Below are positions 9,256-19,010 of a stretch of DNA of 64,000 nucleotides, piece after piece. This DNA is from a bacterium. GTDB lineage: Bacteria > Desulfobacterota > DSWW01. Both the position numbers and the translations under genes were made by a program. The stretch lies in contig JBFLZG010000126.1 in NCBI GenBank assembly GCA_040756235.1, forward strand, positions 1 through 64,000, written 5' to 3'. The stretch's first letter is position 1; each line of letters opens with the position of its first letter. The notes under the pieces were generated by a model, which did no database searches, had not been told where the DNA came from, and saw only the letters and a list, made by a program, of their open reading frames with translations.

Positions 9256-11103
9256 TCAGGTCCGTTGAAAGCGCTTCTCGATCTCGCGCAGGGAGAACAG
9301 GATCCGAACGGGCCTGCCGTGCGGGCACACGGAAAGCTCGGGCCGTGACGACAGTTGCTCGAGCAGGGCTTCCATTTCCCGGCGTTCCAGTCCCTGACCG
9401 GCGCGGACGACCGCGTGGCAGGCCATGCGAGCAAACAGCTCCCGGCGCAGGTCCTCGAGCCTCCGGGACTTCTCCGCAGCCAGGATCTCGTCGCTCACGT
9501 CGCGCAGCAGGCTCGCCGGGTCGGCCCCCGCGATCAGGCTCGGCAGCGCCTTCACCGCGAAGGTCGCCCCGCCGTAGCATTCGATCTCCATGCCCCACTG
9601 GGCGAGCCTCCCAAGGTGGTCGCGGAGCGACTCGGCCTGCTGGGGCGCCAGCTCCACCAGGACAGGGGTCAGAAGGGGCTGCTGCGGGATGCCGCCGGCG
9701 CCGAACGCTTCCTCCAGCCGCTCGTAAGCGAGCCGCTCGTGGGCCGCGTGCTGATCCACGAGAACCACGCCTTCCGCCGATTCGCAGACCAGGTAGGCCT
9801 CTCGGTACTGGCCGATCAGGCGGAGCGAGGGCCGGCGGCCGACAGCCGCGCCGTCCAGCGGCTCGCAACAGGAAAGTCGCGGTTCGGCGCCCGCGCTCTC
9901 CCGGATGAGCGGGAGAGGCTCTGCCGCGCCTTGCGTCGGCGTCGGATAGATCGGAGCCGGGTCCCGCGGCGCCGGGCTCGGTGCGCTCGGGATCGCCCGC
10001 GCCGCCTGTGGTCCTGCGCGGCCCTCGCTTGGGAAGGATGGCCGCGCGGGCGCGTCGTCGCGGTGAAAGGCCGGGATCGATGGAAAACCGAGAGGCTGCC
10101 TGCTGCCTTGCCAAGGCGCCCGGGCGAGCAGCCTCGCCAGCGTCTTCTGCACGCACTCCCGCACGCGCAGGGGCTGAGCAAAGCGCACCTCCTGCTTGGT
10201 CGGATGCATGTTCACGTCCACCTCGGGGTGCGGAACGCTCAAGAACAGGATGGCCACGGGAAGTCGCTCCCGCGGCATGCTGCCCTGGTAGGCTTCCCGG
10301 ATGGCGCGCTGAATGGCGAGGTCGCGGATGGGCCGGTGGTTGACGAAGAGGAACAGCCCCTGCGGCGTGCCCTTGTGGAGGTCCGGCGGCCCTGCAAGAC
10401 CGCGGATGCGATAGGGGCCCTGCTCGTCTTCGACCGGGTAGAGCCTCTCGGCAAGCTCCCAGCCGAGGAGCTGGGCCGCGCGCTGCCTGCAGTCATTTGT
10501 GGCCGGGGCGCTGAGCCACAGCTCGCCCCGGCGCTTGCGCAATTGAAAGGAGACGTCCGCACGGGAGAGCGCCAGCCGTACGAACAGGTCCACGACGTGG
10601 GCCATCTCCGTCTGCCTGGAGCGGAGGAACTTGCGACGCGCCGGAGTGTACCGGAACAGGGCCTTGACCGCCATCCTGGTTCCGGCCGCCATGCCGGCTT
10701 CCTGCACGGACTGCTCCACGCCGCCGCGATAGCAGGCGCGGATGCCCAGGGGCGCCTCCCTCGGCCGCGTCTCCACCTCCAGGTCCGCAATGGCGGCGAT
10801 GCTGGGAAGCGCTTCTCCGCGGAATCCCAGGGTGCGGATGCTGTCGAGGTCGTCCTCGGAGCGGATCTTGCTCGTGGCGTGCCGCTCGAGGGCGAGGGAG
10901 AGCTCTTCCCGCGTCATCCCGATGCCGTTGTCGGCGACCTCGATAAGATCCACCGGGTCGGTATCCACCGTCACGGTGACGGCTGTTGCCTCGGCGTCCA
11001 GCGCGTTCTCGACCAGCTCCTTCAAAGCCGAGGCGGGCCTCTCGACGACCTCGCCGGCCGCGATCCGGTCGACGATCTCCTTGGGGAGGACCATGATTCT
11101 CAA
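9256..11103 (-). CDS. mutL: DNA mismatch repair protein MutL
   Basis: IAAGEVVERP, KELVENALDA, HATSKI, GFRGEAL; endonuclease motif DQHAAHER, ACH, CPHGRP. Confidence 0.97.
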   Translation of the reverse strand: MRIMVLPKEIVDRIAAGEVVERPASALKELVENALDAEATAVTVTVDTDPVDLIEVADNGIGMTREELSLALERHATSKIRSEDDLDSIRTLGFRGEALPSIAAIADLEVETRPREAPLGIRACYRGGVEQSVQEAGMAAGTRMAVKALFRYTPARRKFLRSRQTEMAHVVDLFVRLALSRADVSFQLRKRRGELWLSAPATNDCRQRAAQLLGWELAERLYPVEDEQGPYRIRGLAGPPDLHKGTPQGLFLFVNHRPIRDLAIQRAIREAYQGSMPRERLPVAILFLSVPHPEVDVNMHPTKQEVRFAQPLRVRECVQKTLARLLARAPWQGSRQPLGFPSIPAFHRDDAPARPSFPSEGRAGPQAARAIPSAPSPAPRDPAPIYPTPTQGAAEPLPLIRESAGAEPRLSCCEPLDGAAVGRRPSLRLIGQYREAYLVCESAEGVVLVDQHAAHERLAYERLEEAFGAGGIPQQPLLTPVLVELAPQQAESLRDHLGRLAQWGMEIECYGGATFAVKALPSLIAGADPASLLRDVSDEILAAEKSRRLEDLRRELFARMACHAVVRAGQGLERREMEALLEQLSSRPELSVCPHGRPVRILFSLREIEKRFQRT

Positions 11104-11120
11104 GCGCGCGACCCTCTATC

Positions 11121-11276
11121 TAGAGCCTGTCCCAAAACGCCCATCTGCGGCGTTGCGCTCGTCCCTCGTCACTGCGGCGTACTGAAATGTACGCCTCATT
11201 CCTCGGGATTTCGCGCGCCTTGCATCTGGGCATTCTCGAACAGGCTCTCGAACTGGGGCTTGTGGGACAAGCTCTA
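11121..11276 (+). mobile_element. MITE-like family A element (copy 1)
   Basis: Arms AGAGCCTGT (11122) / ACAGGCTCT (11248), second outer arm TGGGACAAGCTCTA (11263-11276); internal CCATCTGCGGCGTTGC and TTCGCGCGCCTTGCATCTGG shared with other copies. Confidence 0.7.
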
Positions 11277-11307
11277 TCTATCAGCCCGTGGAAAAATTCC
11301 AAAATGA

Positions 11308-11515
11308 GCAGGCCGTTCAAAAAGGTCCAGATGCGAGGCGCGCTAGGGGCGAAAAATTTTTCGCCCCTACCGGCGGCCTGCTGACCGACGAGGAAACCCC
11401 CGGCTACCGGTGGCCGCCGCAGGGATGCGAGGGAGGTTGCTTCGCAGAGCTCGCAATCTCCGGCTTCGCTTGCGCTCGCGACAGGCTCCGCAGATCGGCC
11501 TTTTCAACGGCCTGC
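11308..11515 (-). mobile_element. MITE-like family A element, inverted and divergent, with nested REP
   Basis: Arms GCAGGCCGTT / AACGGCCTGC; CCAGATGCGAGGCGCG is the reverse complement of the family core; nested CTAGGGGCGAAAAATTTTTCGCCCCTAC at 11343-11370. Confidence 0.6.
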
Positions 11516-12379
11516 CTTCTCCTGCTCGATCTGCTCCCTCCCCCACTGCAGCCCGGCCTGGATACGGGGGTCGTCCGATCGCCACGTGCGGTCCGCGAAC
11601 GACCGCTCCCGCAGGCTGCGCAGGAAGCGTTCCTCGATCTCGGCCAGATAGGAGCCGTACAGATGGTAGGAGTCCGTCAGGTCCGCGTAGCGGCCGACCG
11701 CTACCGGGGCGCCCACCCGAGCGGCGATCTCCCCGGCCAGGACACGCTGCAGATCGGTCAGGGCGTAGATGTTCATGAAGGCCGCCTTGTAAGCGTCGCG
11801 GCTCCTCCAGTGGGTGTTCATATTGAGCTTCCAGCCTTCCGCTTCCGGGGTGAGGCGGCACCAAATCCGCTGCAGACAGGGAGGATCGTCCGTGCGCGGA
11901 TCGAGCGTCGGCATCCACGTGATCGCCTGCGCGCGGCGGGAGTGAGGAACCTTGGCGAGCTTTTCGACGAGCGCCGCGATCTGGTCGACGCCCGCAAAGG
12001 GGGCTTCGCCCTCGGGCAGCCGAGGATCTTCCCGGACGACGTAGTCGAACAGACGCTTGTGATAGGTGTAGGTCCACTTGCCTTCCTCCGGCCGGATCCA
12101 GTGATCGTGCACGCCCTCGACCACCTCGAGCCGGTACTTCTCGAGATCCGCGATGCCGCCCGGAAAGGCGCGATGAATGCGCGGCTCGTCGAAGGGGCGA
12201 TCGACCACGAGAACCATCGTCGCATCCCGGCTAGGAGGATCCCCCTCGCGGTCGTATTCCGTCGGCAGAGGCACGCCGTGCTCCCATACCTCCACGATGC
12301 TCCTCTCCCAGGCCTCGGGCAGGTTCCGGCCCCGAGCCGTGAGAACGGGTATCTCCCGGTTCGGTCCATCCACGGACAT
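11504..12379 (-). CDS. thyA: Thymidylate synthase, archaeal/methanogen-like type
   Basis: YTYHKRL, DQI, SRRAQAITW, catalytic PPCL, RSRD, conserved Asn (AAFMN), SYHLY. Confidence 0.8.
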   Translation of the reverse strand: MSVDGPNREIPVLTARGRNLPEAWERSIVEVWEHGVPLPTEYDREGDPPSRDATMVLVVDRPFDEPRIHRAFPGGIADLEKYRLEVVEGVHDHWIRPEEGKWTYTYHKRLFDYVVREDPRLPEGEAPFAGVDQIAALVEKLAKVPHSRRAQAITWMPTLDPRTDDPPCLQRIWCRLTPEAEGWKLNMNTHWRSRDAYKAAFMNIYALTDLQRVLAGEIAARVGAPVAVGRYADLTDSYHLYGSYLAEIEERFLRSLRERSFADRTWRSDDPRIQAGLQWGREQIEQEKAGR

Positions 12380-12415
12380 GAAGGCTCCTTCTCTCTCGCC
12401 GAAAGAACAGTCCTC

Positions 12416-12544
12416 TCAGGTGTAGGGTGTCAGGTAGTAGGGTAAGGCCCCTCTCCGCCCCAACCGGAGGGCTCTCCCATCGGCGTGGTCCTTGACGGGA
12501 GTCGGGGTTGAGCGCTGAAACCTGACACCTGAAACCCAATACCC
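12416..12544. repeat. Inverted pair of heptamer tandem repeats
   Basis: TCAGGTG-TAGGGTG-TCAGGTA ... CTGAAAC-CTGACAC-CTGAAAC-CCAATAC. Confidence 0.6.
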
Positions 12545-12614
12545 GGGGAAGCTCCTGTTTAACACAGTTGTTTCGGGGCTGGCAACCGCGGGCGCGCGGC
12601 CGCGCCAGTTCTTC

Positions 12615-12644
12615 TTGACCGCGCAACCTCCGGTTCCGTAAGAT
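12615..12644 (+). promoter_or_regulatory. Putative sigma70 promoter of proBA
   Basis: TTGACC-18 nt-TAAGAT. Confidence 0.4.
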
Positions 12645-12711
12645 ACAGCCTTGCCCGCAGCGCGGTCGCCTTTCGGTTCACATTCACGTTCCGACATCGA
12701 GAGTCGCTCTC

Positions 12712-13866
12712 TTGCCCAGAAAGACCTATCTGAAGAAGATTCGCAGGATCGTCATCAAGGTGGGCAGCAAGGTGCTCACCGACGGCCGGGGCAGGCTGTG
12801 GCCTCCGGTCTTCTTCTCTCTGGTGCGCCAAGCCGTGGACCTCATCGGAGAGCAGAAGGAGGTCGTCCTGGTCTCGTCGGGAGCGATCGCAGGGGGCCGT
12901 TCGATCCTGAGCTTCCAGCCAGGCACGGGCAGCATTCCGGAAAAGCAGGCTCTGGCCGCCGTCGGTCAGACGCACCTCATGGGGCTGTACCAGCAGGCTC
13001 TCGATTTCTACGGCAGACAGTCGGCCCAGGTGCTGCTCACCCGGGACGACCTCACGCACCGCGCCCGCTATCTGCACGCGCGCAACACCCTGTTCACGCT
13101 CCTCAGGCTCGGCGTGATCCCGGTGGTGAACGAGAACGACACCGTGATGGTCGAGGAGATCAAGTTCGGGGACAACGACAATCTTTCGGCGCTGGTCGCT
13201 ATTCTCGTCGAAGCCGATCTGCTCGTTCTGCTCACCAGCGCGCCGGGACTGTACTCCGACCTGAACGGGATCGAAGAAGGGGCGCTGCCCATCCCGTTTG
13301 TGGAAAGGGTCACTCCCGAGATCCAGAAGATGGCCTCGGGGCCGCTCGATGAGTTGGGAACCGGAGGGATGGTCACCAAGCTGCGCGCCGTGCGCATCGC
13401 CACGCAGGCCGGCATCCCGGCCGTCATCGCCAACGGCCGCTGCGAAGACGTGATGCGGGAGATCCTCGCCGGCAAGCCGATCGGCACCTTCTTCGCCCCG
13501 ACCCGGGACCGGCTCACCCACAAGAAGCACTGGATCGCTTACACGTTGCGGAAGAAGGGAGATCTCGTGCTCGACGAGGGCGCGGTCGAGGCGATCGTGG
13601 GGAGGGGAAAGAGCCTTCTGCCCTCCGGCGTGGCGAGCGTGCAAGGGAATTTCGACAACGGCGAGATGGTCGGCTGCCTCGATCCCTCCGGCAGAGAGAT
13701 CGCCAGGGGCATCACCCACTACTCTGCCCAGGAGATCCGCAGGATCCTGGGGAAGCGGAGCAGCCAGATCGAAGCGGTCCTGGGCTACCGGATCCAGGAC
13801 GAAATCATCCACCGGGACGAGCTCGTCCTCATGGCGGATGCGGCCGGGAAGGCGAGGGTCGGATGA
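12712..13866 (+). CDS. proB: Glutamate 5-kinase
   Basis: [34 protein letters not shown]-terminal PUA domain. Confidence 0.97.
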   Translation: MPRKTYLKKIRRIVIKVGSKVLTDGRGRLWPPVFFSLVRQAVDLIGEQKEVVLVSSGAIAGGRSILSFQPGTGSIPEKQALAAVGQTHLMGLYQQALDFYGRQSAQVLLTRDDLTHRARYLHARNTLFTLLRLGVIPVVNENDTVMVEEIKFGDNDNLSALVAILVEADLLVLLTSAPGLYSDLNGIEEGALPIPFVERVTPEIQKMASGPLDELGTGGMVTKLRAVRIATQAGIPAVIANGRCEDVMREILAGKPIGTFFAPTRDRLTHKKHWIAYTLRKKGDLVLDEGAVEAIVGRGKSLLPSGVASVQGNFDNGEMVGCLDPSGREIARGITHYSAQEIRRILGKRSSQIEAVLGYRIQDEIIHRDELVLMADAAGKARVG

Positions 13867-15125
13867 GCACGAAGATCGCAAGCGAGATCCAACGGATGGC
13901 CCGGGCCGCGCGCGCGGCCTCGGAGCGCCTGGCCGGCGCCGGGACGGAGCGCAAGAACCGCGCCCTGCTCGAGGCGGCCCGCATGATCGAGCAGGAGCGC
14001 GCCTCCCTCCGGGAAGCGAACGCGATCGATCTCGACGCGGGCAGGCGGAGCGGTCTGGCGCCGGCGCTCCTGGACCGGCTGACGCTCTCGGACAAGGTCC
14101 TCGCACAGATGTGCAGGGGCCTGGAGGAGGTCGCCGCCTTGCCCGATCCGGTGGGCGAGGTGGTCCGCATGTGGAAGCGGCCGAACGGGCTCGTCGTCGG
14201 CAGGATGCGGATTCCGCTGGGCGTGGTCGGCATCATCTACGAGGCCCGGCCCAACGTCACGGTCGATGCGGCCGCCCTGTGTCTGAAGTCGGGCAATGCG
14301 GTCCTTCTCAGGGGGGGCTCGGAGGCGATCCGGTCGAACCAGGCCCTTGTGGGGCTCCTCGTCCGATCCCTGGAGGAGGCAGAGCTCCCGGCTGCGGCGG
14401 CCCAGCTCGTGGGGACGACGGAGCGGGCCGCCGTGCTGGAAATGCTCCGTCAGGACGAGACGATCGACCTCATCATTCCGCGGGGCGGTGAGAGCCTCAT
14501 CCGCTTCGTGGCGGAAAACTCCCGCATCCCGGTGATCAAGCACTACAAGGGAGTCTGCCACGTTTACGTGGACGAGGGGGCGGACCCGGAGATGGCCGCG
14601 CGCATCTGCGTGAACGCGAAGGCGCAGAGGCCCGGGGTCTGCAACGCCATGGAGACGCTGCTCATCCACGAAGCCGAAGCCGACCGGCTGCTTCCGGAGA
14701 TCGTCCAGGCGCTGCGCGCCGAAGGCGTGGAGATCCGCGGCTGCCCCGAGACCCTGCGCCGCATCCCGGACGCGGTGCCGGCCGCTGAGGAGGACTGGGG
14801 GGCCGAGTACCTGGACCTCATTCTGTCGGTCCGGGTCGTCCCGGGTCTGGAGGAAGCGATCGAGCACATTCGGCGCTACGGCTCTCTGCACACCGAGTCG
14901 ATCGTCACGAGGGACTACGAGAGAGCGCAGCGTTTCCTCAGGGAGGTGAACTCTTCGACGGTCCTGGTCAACGCCTCCACCCGTTTCAGCGACGGCTTCG
15001 AGCTCGGGCTGGGCGCCGAGATCGGGATCAGCACGACCAAGCTCCACGCCTATGGACCCATGGGGCTGGAGGAGCTGACCACGACCAAGTTCATCGTGTA
15101 CGGCAGCGGGCAGCTCCGCCAGTGA
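13863..15125 (+). CDS. proA: Gamma-glutamyl phosphate reductase
   Basis: [46 protein letters not shown]. Confidence 0.97.
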   Translation: MSTKIASEIQRMARAARAASERLAGAGTERKNRALLEAARMIEQERASLREANAIDLDAGRRSGLAPALLDRLTLSDKVLAQMCRGLEEVAALPDPVGEVVRMWKRPNGLVVGRMRIPLGVVGIIYEARPNVTVDAAALCLKSGNAVLLRGGSEAIRSNQALVGLLVRSLEEAELPAAAAQLVGTTERAAVLEMLRQDETIDLIIPRGGESLIRFVAENSRIPVIKHYKGVCHVYVDEGADPEMAARICVNAKAQRPGVCNAMETLLIHEAEADRLLPEIVQALRAEGVEIRGCPETLRRIPDAVPAAEEDWGAEYLDLILSVRVVPGLEEAIEHIRRYGSLHTESIVTRDYERAQRFLREVNSSTVLVNASTRFSDGFELGLGAEIGISTTKLHAYGPMGLEELTTTKFIVYGSGQLRQ

Positions 15126-15306
15126 GAGGCTGTCGATAAACGGCCATCTGCGGCGTTGCCCTCATCCTTCGTTCCCGGCCTTCGCCGGGACAGGCTCCCC
15201 ACCCGTCCGCCATGTTTTCAGGTACGCCTCATTCCTCAGGATTTCGCGCGCCTTGCATCTGGCCATTTCTCAACAGCCTCTCGAGAGGGTGTCTTTCGAC
15301 ACCCTC
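15124..15306 (+). mobile_element. MITE-like family A element (copy 2) plus trailing hairpin
   Basis: Arms GAGAGGCTGTCGATAAACGGCCA / TGGCCATTTCTCAACAGCCTCTC (20/23 paired), then hairpin GAGGGTGTC-TTTC-GACACCCTC. Confidence 0.75.
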
Positions 15307-15317
15307 GTCAGCGGAGT

Positions 15318-15423
15318 GTCATATTTCGTCAGCGCATGAGAGCTGGATCCAGAAGTCTGTTGCAGCAACGGCCTAGATTCACGGAGTGCAGAGGCTGGGT
15401 TCCGGCCTGCGTCGGAATGACGG
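15318..15423. repeat. Degenerate GTCAT...GGAATGAC palindromic repeat
   Basis: CTGGGTTCCGGCCTGCGTCGGAATGACGG resembles GGATTCCCGCTTGCGCGGGAATGACG at 24598-24623. Confidence 0.5.
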
Positions 15424-15455
15424 CCAATTACGAGACCGCCGCCAAGGAGCGGCGG

Positions 15456-15974
15456 TCACTCCCCGATCGAGAACAGCCAGCGGCAGCAGATCTCGTCCGG
15501 GCCCTGCCTCGGCGGCAGTTTCAGCGGGGCGACTCGAATCCTCGGGTCCACGGCCCGGGCGAGCCCCCTGAAGTAGGCCGTCTCCGCCTGCTCGCAGGTA
15601 AAGACCTTGCGCCCGTACCTCTCCATGGCCTCGAGGAAAGGGCAGGTCTTCGCCTGGAAGGTGATGCTGTCCGGGGTTTCGGAGAGGACCTCGAAATCCA
15701 CGATCGCCATGAACGGGTCCAGGCTCAAGACCTCCTTTACGCCTGCCAGTCCTTTGCCGTCGATCGGAAAATATTTCCGGATGCGCTTGACCGAGACGGC
15801 ACCGTAGCGCTCCCACACCTGGACATCCAACTCGAGCGCCCTGTCGAACCCGTGCGCCTGCTCGGCGGCCACGAACCAGAGGCCGTCCATGGCCGAAGCC
15901 AGCTCGGCGGCGAGCCGAAGCCTCTTGACGAGCTCCTCCCGCGGGAGATCTTCGATCCGTCTGATGGCGGCCAT
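15456..15974 (-). CDS. Conserved hypothetical protein, DUF6125-like (V4R/ATC-hydrolase-like Cys pattern)
   Basis: RBS AAGGAG, MDGLWF, D..VW, CPF...C, DPRI, CCRWLF; true start lies inside the longer track ORF. Confidence 0.7.
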   Translation of the reverse strand: MAAIRRIEDLPREELVKRLRLAAELASAMDGLWFVAAEQAHGFDRALELDVQVWERYGAVSVKRIRKYFPIDGKGLAGVKEVLSLDPFMAIVDFEVLSETPDSITFQAKTCPFLEAMERYGRKVFTCEQAETAYFRGLARAVDPRIRVAPLKLPPRQGPDEICCRWLFSIGE

Positions 15975-16060
15975 GCGGCTCCTTTCCGACAACGGATTCG
16001 GGGATCCGACCTGCCGAGCGACTCTTCGCGACAGACGACCCCACATCGGGCCCCGGGCGG

Positions 16061-17071
16061 TCACCCCATCTGCACGGGGATCTCCCTCCGGCAGAACCTG
16101 CACCTTCCCTCCTCGATCTCCATCGAGAGCACCCGGAAGCCATGGCGTCGGATGACCGTCTTTCCGCAGCCCGGGCAATCCGTGTTCTCTCCTTCGTCCC
16201 CGGGAATGTTCCCGGTATACACGTAGAGCAGGCCCTCCTCCCTGCCGATCCGCCGGGCCCTCCGGAGCGTCGCCTCCGGGGTCCTGGGCCGGTCGGTCAA
16301 CCGGTAGGTCGGATGAAAGGCGCTCACGTGCCAGGGCAGATCGATCCGGAGCCCGCGCAGGAACCGCGCGATGTCCCGAAGCTCCTCCTCCGAGTCGTTC
16401 AGCCCCGGTATGACGAGGGTCGTCACCTCCACCCAGATGCCGCGCCGCACCATCTCGCGGATCGTATCGAGCACAGGATCCAGCCTGGCCTTGCAGATCT
16501 TCCGGTAGAAGCTGTCGCGGAAGGACTTGAGGTCCACGTTGGCCGCGTGCAGGACCGGCTGGATGGTCTCGAGGGCCTGGAGGGTCGTGTAGCCGTTGGT
16601 GACGAAGACGTTCTTGAGACCCTCGCCCGCGGCGATGCGGGCCGTGTCCAGGGCGTATTCGAAATAGACCGTGGGCTCGGTGTACGTGTAGGAGATCGAT
16701 CCGCAGCCTCGCTGCAAGGCCATCTCCACGACCTTCTCCGGCGCCACGTCGGCCCCGTCGATGCGGCCCTGATCGGCGGGCATCTGGGAGATCTCGGCGT
16801 TCTGGCAGTGCAGGCACTGCAGATTGCACCCCACGGTGGCTATCGAGAGGGAAAGCGAACCCGGATAGAAGTGAAACAGCGGCTTCTTCTCGATCGGGTC
16901 CACGTTGATGGCCACCGGCCTTCCATGGACCAGCGTGACGAGACGGCCCTCCGCGTTCTCCCGGACGCCGCAGATGCCTCGGCCGCCCGGTTCGATGCGG
17001 CAGCCATGAGGGCACAGACCGCACCGGACGGCGTTCTTGTCCACTTGCTCTGAAAAAAGAGCTTCCTTCAT
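16061..17071 (-). CDS. amrS: AmmeMemoRadiSam system radical SAM enzyme
   Basis: CGLCPHGC..GICGVR, DPIEKKPLFHFYPG, GCNLQCLHCQN, YTYTEP, YVYTGN, CPGC. Confidence 0.92.
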   Translation of the reverse strand: MKEALFSEQVDKNAVRCGLCPHGCRIEPGGRGICGVRENAEGRLVTLVHGRPVAINVDPIEKKPLFHFYPGSLSLSIATVGCNLQCLHCQNAEISQMPADQGRIDGADVAPEKVVEMALQRGCGSISYTYTEPTVYFEYALDTARIAAGEGLKNVFVTNGYTTLQALETIQPVLHAANVDLKSFRDSFYRKICKARLDPVLDTIREMVRRGIWVEVTTLVIPGLNDSEEELRDIARFLRGLRIDLPWHVSAFHPTYRLTDRPRTPEATLRRARRIGREEGLLYVYTGNIPGDEGENTDCPGCGKTVIRRHGFRVLSMEIEEGRCRFCRREIPVQMG

Positions 17072-17231
17072 CTCCTTGCGCACTCCTTTCGAACCAGACC
17101 CCACCCAGTCAACATGAAACCACCGAGTCGGTTTGTCAACGGCTGGCGGGGTGGGGTGCTAACAAAACGAAAGGGAAGGAGATCGGGCAAAGCAGGCCGA
17201 GCCGCCCGCAGGGAGGGATGCGGACGTCAAT

Positions 17232-17411
17232 TCACGGCTTTTCCTGGAGCTTCTCGGTTCTGGACAAGGGATTCGAAGAAGTCCTCGGGCTCTCCTGGAT
17301 GTCCCGCTCCAGCTTGGCCAGACATTGGCCGCAGATGCCGTGGCTGATTTTGTTGTCCTGCGAGGGTGTTTCGCTGATGATCCGCTTGCAGTGTGCGCAT
17401 ATGGTGATCAC
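17232..17411 (-). CDS. Small Zn-ribbon-like protein (59 aa), absent from ORF track
   Basis: Hand translation from GTG: MITICAHCKRIISETPSQDNKISHGICGQCLAKLERDIQESPRTSSNPLSRTEKLQEKP; RBS GGAAGGA. Confidence 0.75.
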   Translation of the reverse strand: MITICAHCKRIISETPSQDNKISHGICGQCLAKLERDIQESPRTSSNPLSRTEKLQEKP

Positions 17412-17477
17412 GGTGTTCCTTCCGGGAGGGGTGCCGGGCAGGCCCGGGAGCGAACGACTGCCTGTGGACCGCTCTTA

Positions 17478-17493
17478 AGCAAATTCGATACCA
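17478..17493 (-). promoter_or_regulatory. Putative sigma54 (-24/-12) promoter
   Basis: Minus strand TGGTATCGAATTTGCT: GG-N10-GC with TTGC, about 65 nt upstream of the small ORF. Confidence 0.6.
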
Positions 17494-17685
17494 GGCGGGG
17501 AGCCTCGAGAGGGGCGAATGTGCAGGGACCTTTTGCCAAATAAAACAAAGTAGAAGGAAGGCTTTCCCCTTGAGGACCGGCAGCCGATGCTCGGTGGCTG
17601 CGGACGGGAAGGCGCACCCTGGTGGGAAATTGATTTCTCTTTAGTGAGAAAAAATTCCCGCCGCAAGGATGCGTTGCGGTGGCAA

Positions 17686-18936
17686 TCAGGAGGACCTGGC
17701 CCCCTGGAGGAGGAGATCCACGATCCGATGCCCCTCCTCGATCAGGACCCCCGTGCTCAGGGCCGCACTTTCGTCGAAGGAGGCCGCAGCGCCGGAGCCT
17801 TGCCGCCGGGCAAGCCCCGTCGGGGCGGCGGAGGCAGGATGGGTGAACAGCAGAAAAGGCACCGGCTCGGAGCTGTGCGTGCGGATCTTCAGCGGGGTCG
17901 GATGGTCGGGACAGAGCAGGATGCGGAAAGGAAGGCCGGTCCGCATCAGCCCTTCGTGCACGACGGCCACGACCTCCTCGTCGAAGCGCTCGATCGCCTC
18001 GATCTTCCCGTTGAGGTCCCCCCGGTGACTGGCCTCGTCCGGGGCTTCCACGTGAAGGAACGCGAGATCCACGTCGCGCAGCGCTTCGAGCACGGCGGAG
18101 GCTTTCCCCCTGTAGTTGGTGTCGAGGTCGCCGGTTGCACCCTCCACTTCGACCGGCTGGAGGCCGGCGTAGCGGCCCAGCCCCTTAATGAGGTCGACGG
18201 CGCAGACCGTGACTCCGCGTATGCCGAAGCGTTCCGTCAAGCCGGACATTCTGGGGCGAGGACCTTCTCCCCAGAGCCACAGGGCGTTGGCCTTTCCCTG
18301 AAGCTCGGCGGCCAGAGCCGCCGAGAGGCCGGTCTCGAGGATCCGGGATCCGCGTGCCATGAGGTCCCTGACTTCCGCGCTGCCCGGACCCCGGGGAAGA
18401 AAAGGGTCGATCTGCCGGCCGCTGATGTCGTGAGGTGGCGTCGTGCGCAGGCCTTCAAAGAGCTTGCGCCCGTCCTTCCAGAGCAGCACGTGGCGATAGG
18501 AGACGCCGGGGTGGAAGGAAAAACGAGGGTCCGGCAGGTGGTCGTTCAGCGCCTGTATGCATGGCCTGGCTAGCTTCGTGGCGATCCCGCCGCCGCTATA
18601 GTCGGCCATGATCTCCTGCCCGTCCCTCTGTTCGATGCGGACCAGATTGCACCGGAAAGCGAGATCGTCCGCGCCCATGGCAATTCCGAGGCTGGCCGCC
18701 TCCAGGGGGGCTCGGCCCGTATAACATTCGAGGGGCGAGTATCCGAACAGAGACAGATTGGCCACGTCGCTGCCCGGGGGCATCCCGGCAGGCACCGTTC
18801 GCAGGAGCCCGACGGTCCCGTTCCGAGCGAGGTAATCCATGCGCGGAGTCCGGGCCGCCTGCAGGGGGGTCTTGCCGGCCAGGGCGGGCTGCGGTTCGTC
18901 CGCCATGCCGTCTGCGACCGCGATCAGATATTTCAT
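17686..18936 (-). CDS. apgM: 2,3-BPG-independent phosphoglycerate mutase, ApgM/archaeal type
   Basis: ADGMAD, GKTPL, PGSDVAN, YTGRAPLEA, TTPPHDI, HVEAPDEASH, PDHPTP. Confidence 0.9.
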   Translation of the reverse strand: MKYLIAVADGMADEPQPALAGKTPLQAARTPRMDYLARNGTVGLLRTVPAGMPPGSDVANLSLFGYSPLECYTGRAPLEAASLGIAMGADDLAFRCNLVRIEQRDGQEIMADYSGGGIATKLARPCIQALNDHLPDPRFSFHPGVSYRHVLLWKDGRKLFEGLRTTPPHDISGRQIDPFLPRGPGSAEVRDLMARGSRILETGLSAALAAELQGKANALWLWGEGPRPRMSGLTERFGIRGVTVCAVDLIKGLGRYAGLQPVEVEGATGDLDTNYRGKASAVLEALRDVDLAFLHVEAPDEASHRGDLNGKIEAIERFDEEVVAVVHEGLMRTGLPFRILLCPDHPTPLKIRTHSSEPVPFLLFTHPASAAPTGLARRQGSGAAASFDESAALSTGVLIEEGHRIVDLLLQGARSS

Positions 18937-18971
18937 GTCGGAGGCCTTATGCCCGCCGCCCGCAAGGGCTC

Positions 18972-19002
18972 GAGAGGCTGTCGATAAACGGCCATCTGCG
19001 GC
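18972..19002 (+). repeat. Partial (left arm) family A element
   Basis: GAGAGGCTGTCGATAAACGGCCATCTGCGGC identical to 15124-15154. Confidence 0.75.
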
Positions 19003-19010
19003 GGCGCGCT

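Noticed and set aside
11120..11384. Short ORFs in the mutL-thyA gap, and similar ones near 15156 and 27968-28232
   Set aside because: Translations of the family A repeat, not genes
15456..17024. 522-aa track ORF as a single gene
   Set aside because: Its 5' two-thirds overlap amrS out of frame; only 15456-15974 has an RBS and protein-like composition
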